Positions 23,612 to 24,000 of a DNA stretch of 24,000 bases are shown piece after piece. The first letter of the stretch is position 1. Each line of letters opens with the position of its first letter. The notes under the pieces were generated by a model. The model did not search any database. It saw nothing but the letters and a program-made list of their open reading frames with translations, and was not told where the DNA came from. A program made the position numbers and the translations under genes. Origin of the DNA: Marinomonas arctica (lineage in GTDB: Bacteria; Pseudomonadota; Gammaproteobacteria; Pseudomonadales; Marinomonadaceae); assembly GCF_003259225.1 (NCBI RefSeq), contig NZ_QHJF01000015.1:69826-93825 (forward strand), given 5' to 3'.

Positions 23612-24000
23612 GTGAGTCTTCGTCAACAACAAAAAGCCAATACTCGATCCAAAATCAAAACCATCGCTAAGCACGCCTTTCTAACCCAAGGTATTGAAGC
23701 CACCAGCACGCGCTACTTGAGTGATCAGGCCGGTATTGCTGTAGGCACCTTGTTTGTTCATTTCCCAGATAAATTAGCCTTGGTAAAAGATATTTTTTTT
23801 GATGAGATGGATACAGCCTTGCGTGCCGCAGTGGTGGCTCAAAAAGCCAGTGCTTCCCCAATTGATTACCTCCTGCAAATGGCACAAGTTCTGTTTGATT
23901 TTTACGATCAGTATGCGGAATTCACACGTTTGGTGTTGTTAGACAGCTTGGCAAAAGGTGGATTTCACACTAAACAAATGACGGTGATTACAGACGGTAT
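23612..24000 (+). CDS. TetR/AcrR-family transcriptional regulator (partial; runs off the right edge)
   Basis: The ORF is not in the track because it is open-ended. The start is GTG 23612 (or in-frame GTG 23606) after AGGGGA. The translation VSLRQQQKANTRSKIKTIAKHAFLTQGIEATSTRYLSDQAGIAVGTLFVHFPDKLALV is a canonical TetR N-terminal HTH. Confidence 0.85.
   Translation, partial: MSLRQQQKANTRSKIKTIAKHAFLTQGIEATSTRYLSDQAGIAVGTLFVHFPDKLALVKDIFFDEMDTALRAAVVAQKASASPIDYLLQMAQVLFDFYDQYAEFTRLVLLDSLAKGGFHTKQMTVITDG

Noticed and set aside
1-24000. Searched for a CRISPR array, IS element, integrase or transposase, and prophage genes
   Set aside because: No regularly spaced short repeats were found, and no DDE/tyrosine/serine recombinase motifs appear in any long ORF. 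The only repeats are the internal hsdS duplications and short palindromes. The island therefore cannot be called a mobile element from this window.

Overview
This 24-kb window looks like a gammaproteobacterial chromosome; a marine Oceanospirillales/Alteromonadales-like source is only a guess from gene content and composition. Ordinary housekeeping genes flank it. On the left are the 5' part of acnA and a beta-hydroxyacid dehydrogenase. On the right are an MDR oxidoreductase, an OmpA-family protein, a glyoxalase I-like gene, ndpA, a HAD hydrolase, tapT, a DUF1499 gene and a TetR regulator. Between them (about 2.26-15.8 kb) lies a roughly 13.5-kb accessory or defence island with no integrase or transposase. 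It contains six modules. (i) A translationally coupled satD-DUF3307 pair, read divergently from the R-M operon across an intergenic region packed with TGACCAAA palindromes. (ii) A type I R-M operon (EcoAI/EcoEI-like, probably family IB) ordered hsdR, hsdM, DUF1016 PD-(D/E)xK nuclease, hsdS. (iii) A DUF3800 gene plus an unrecognised 160-aa gene chained onto the 3' end of that operon. (iv) An orphan 53-aa ORF below the ORF-track cutoff, with its own SD and terminator. (v) A three-gene operon of a divergent DarT-like ART, a canonical DarT and a macrodomain DarG. (vi) A class III (NmFic-like) Fic AMP-transferase. I found no rRNA, tRNA, CRISPR array, IS element or integrase. The best candidates for an undescribed system are the DUF3800/160-aa pair, the duplicated-toxin DarT-DarT-DarG operon, and the SatD (GGDEF/class III cyclase-like motifs plus HTH)-DUF3307 membrane protein pair. 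All family assignments come from motif recognition by eye, not from searches.
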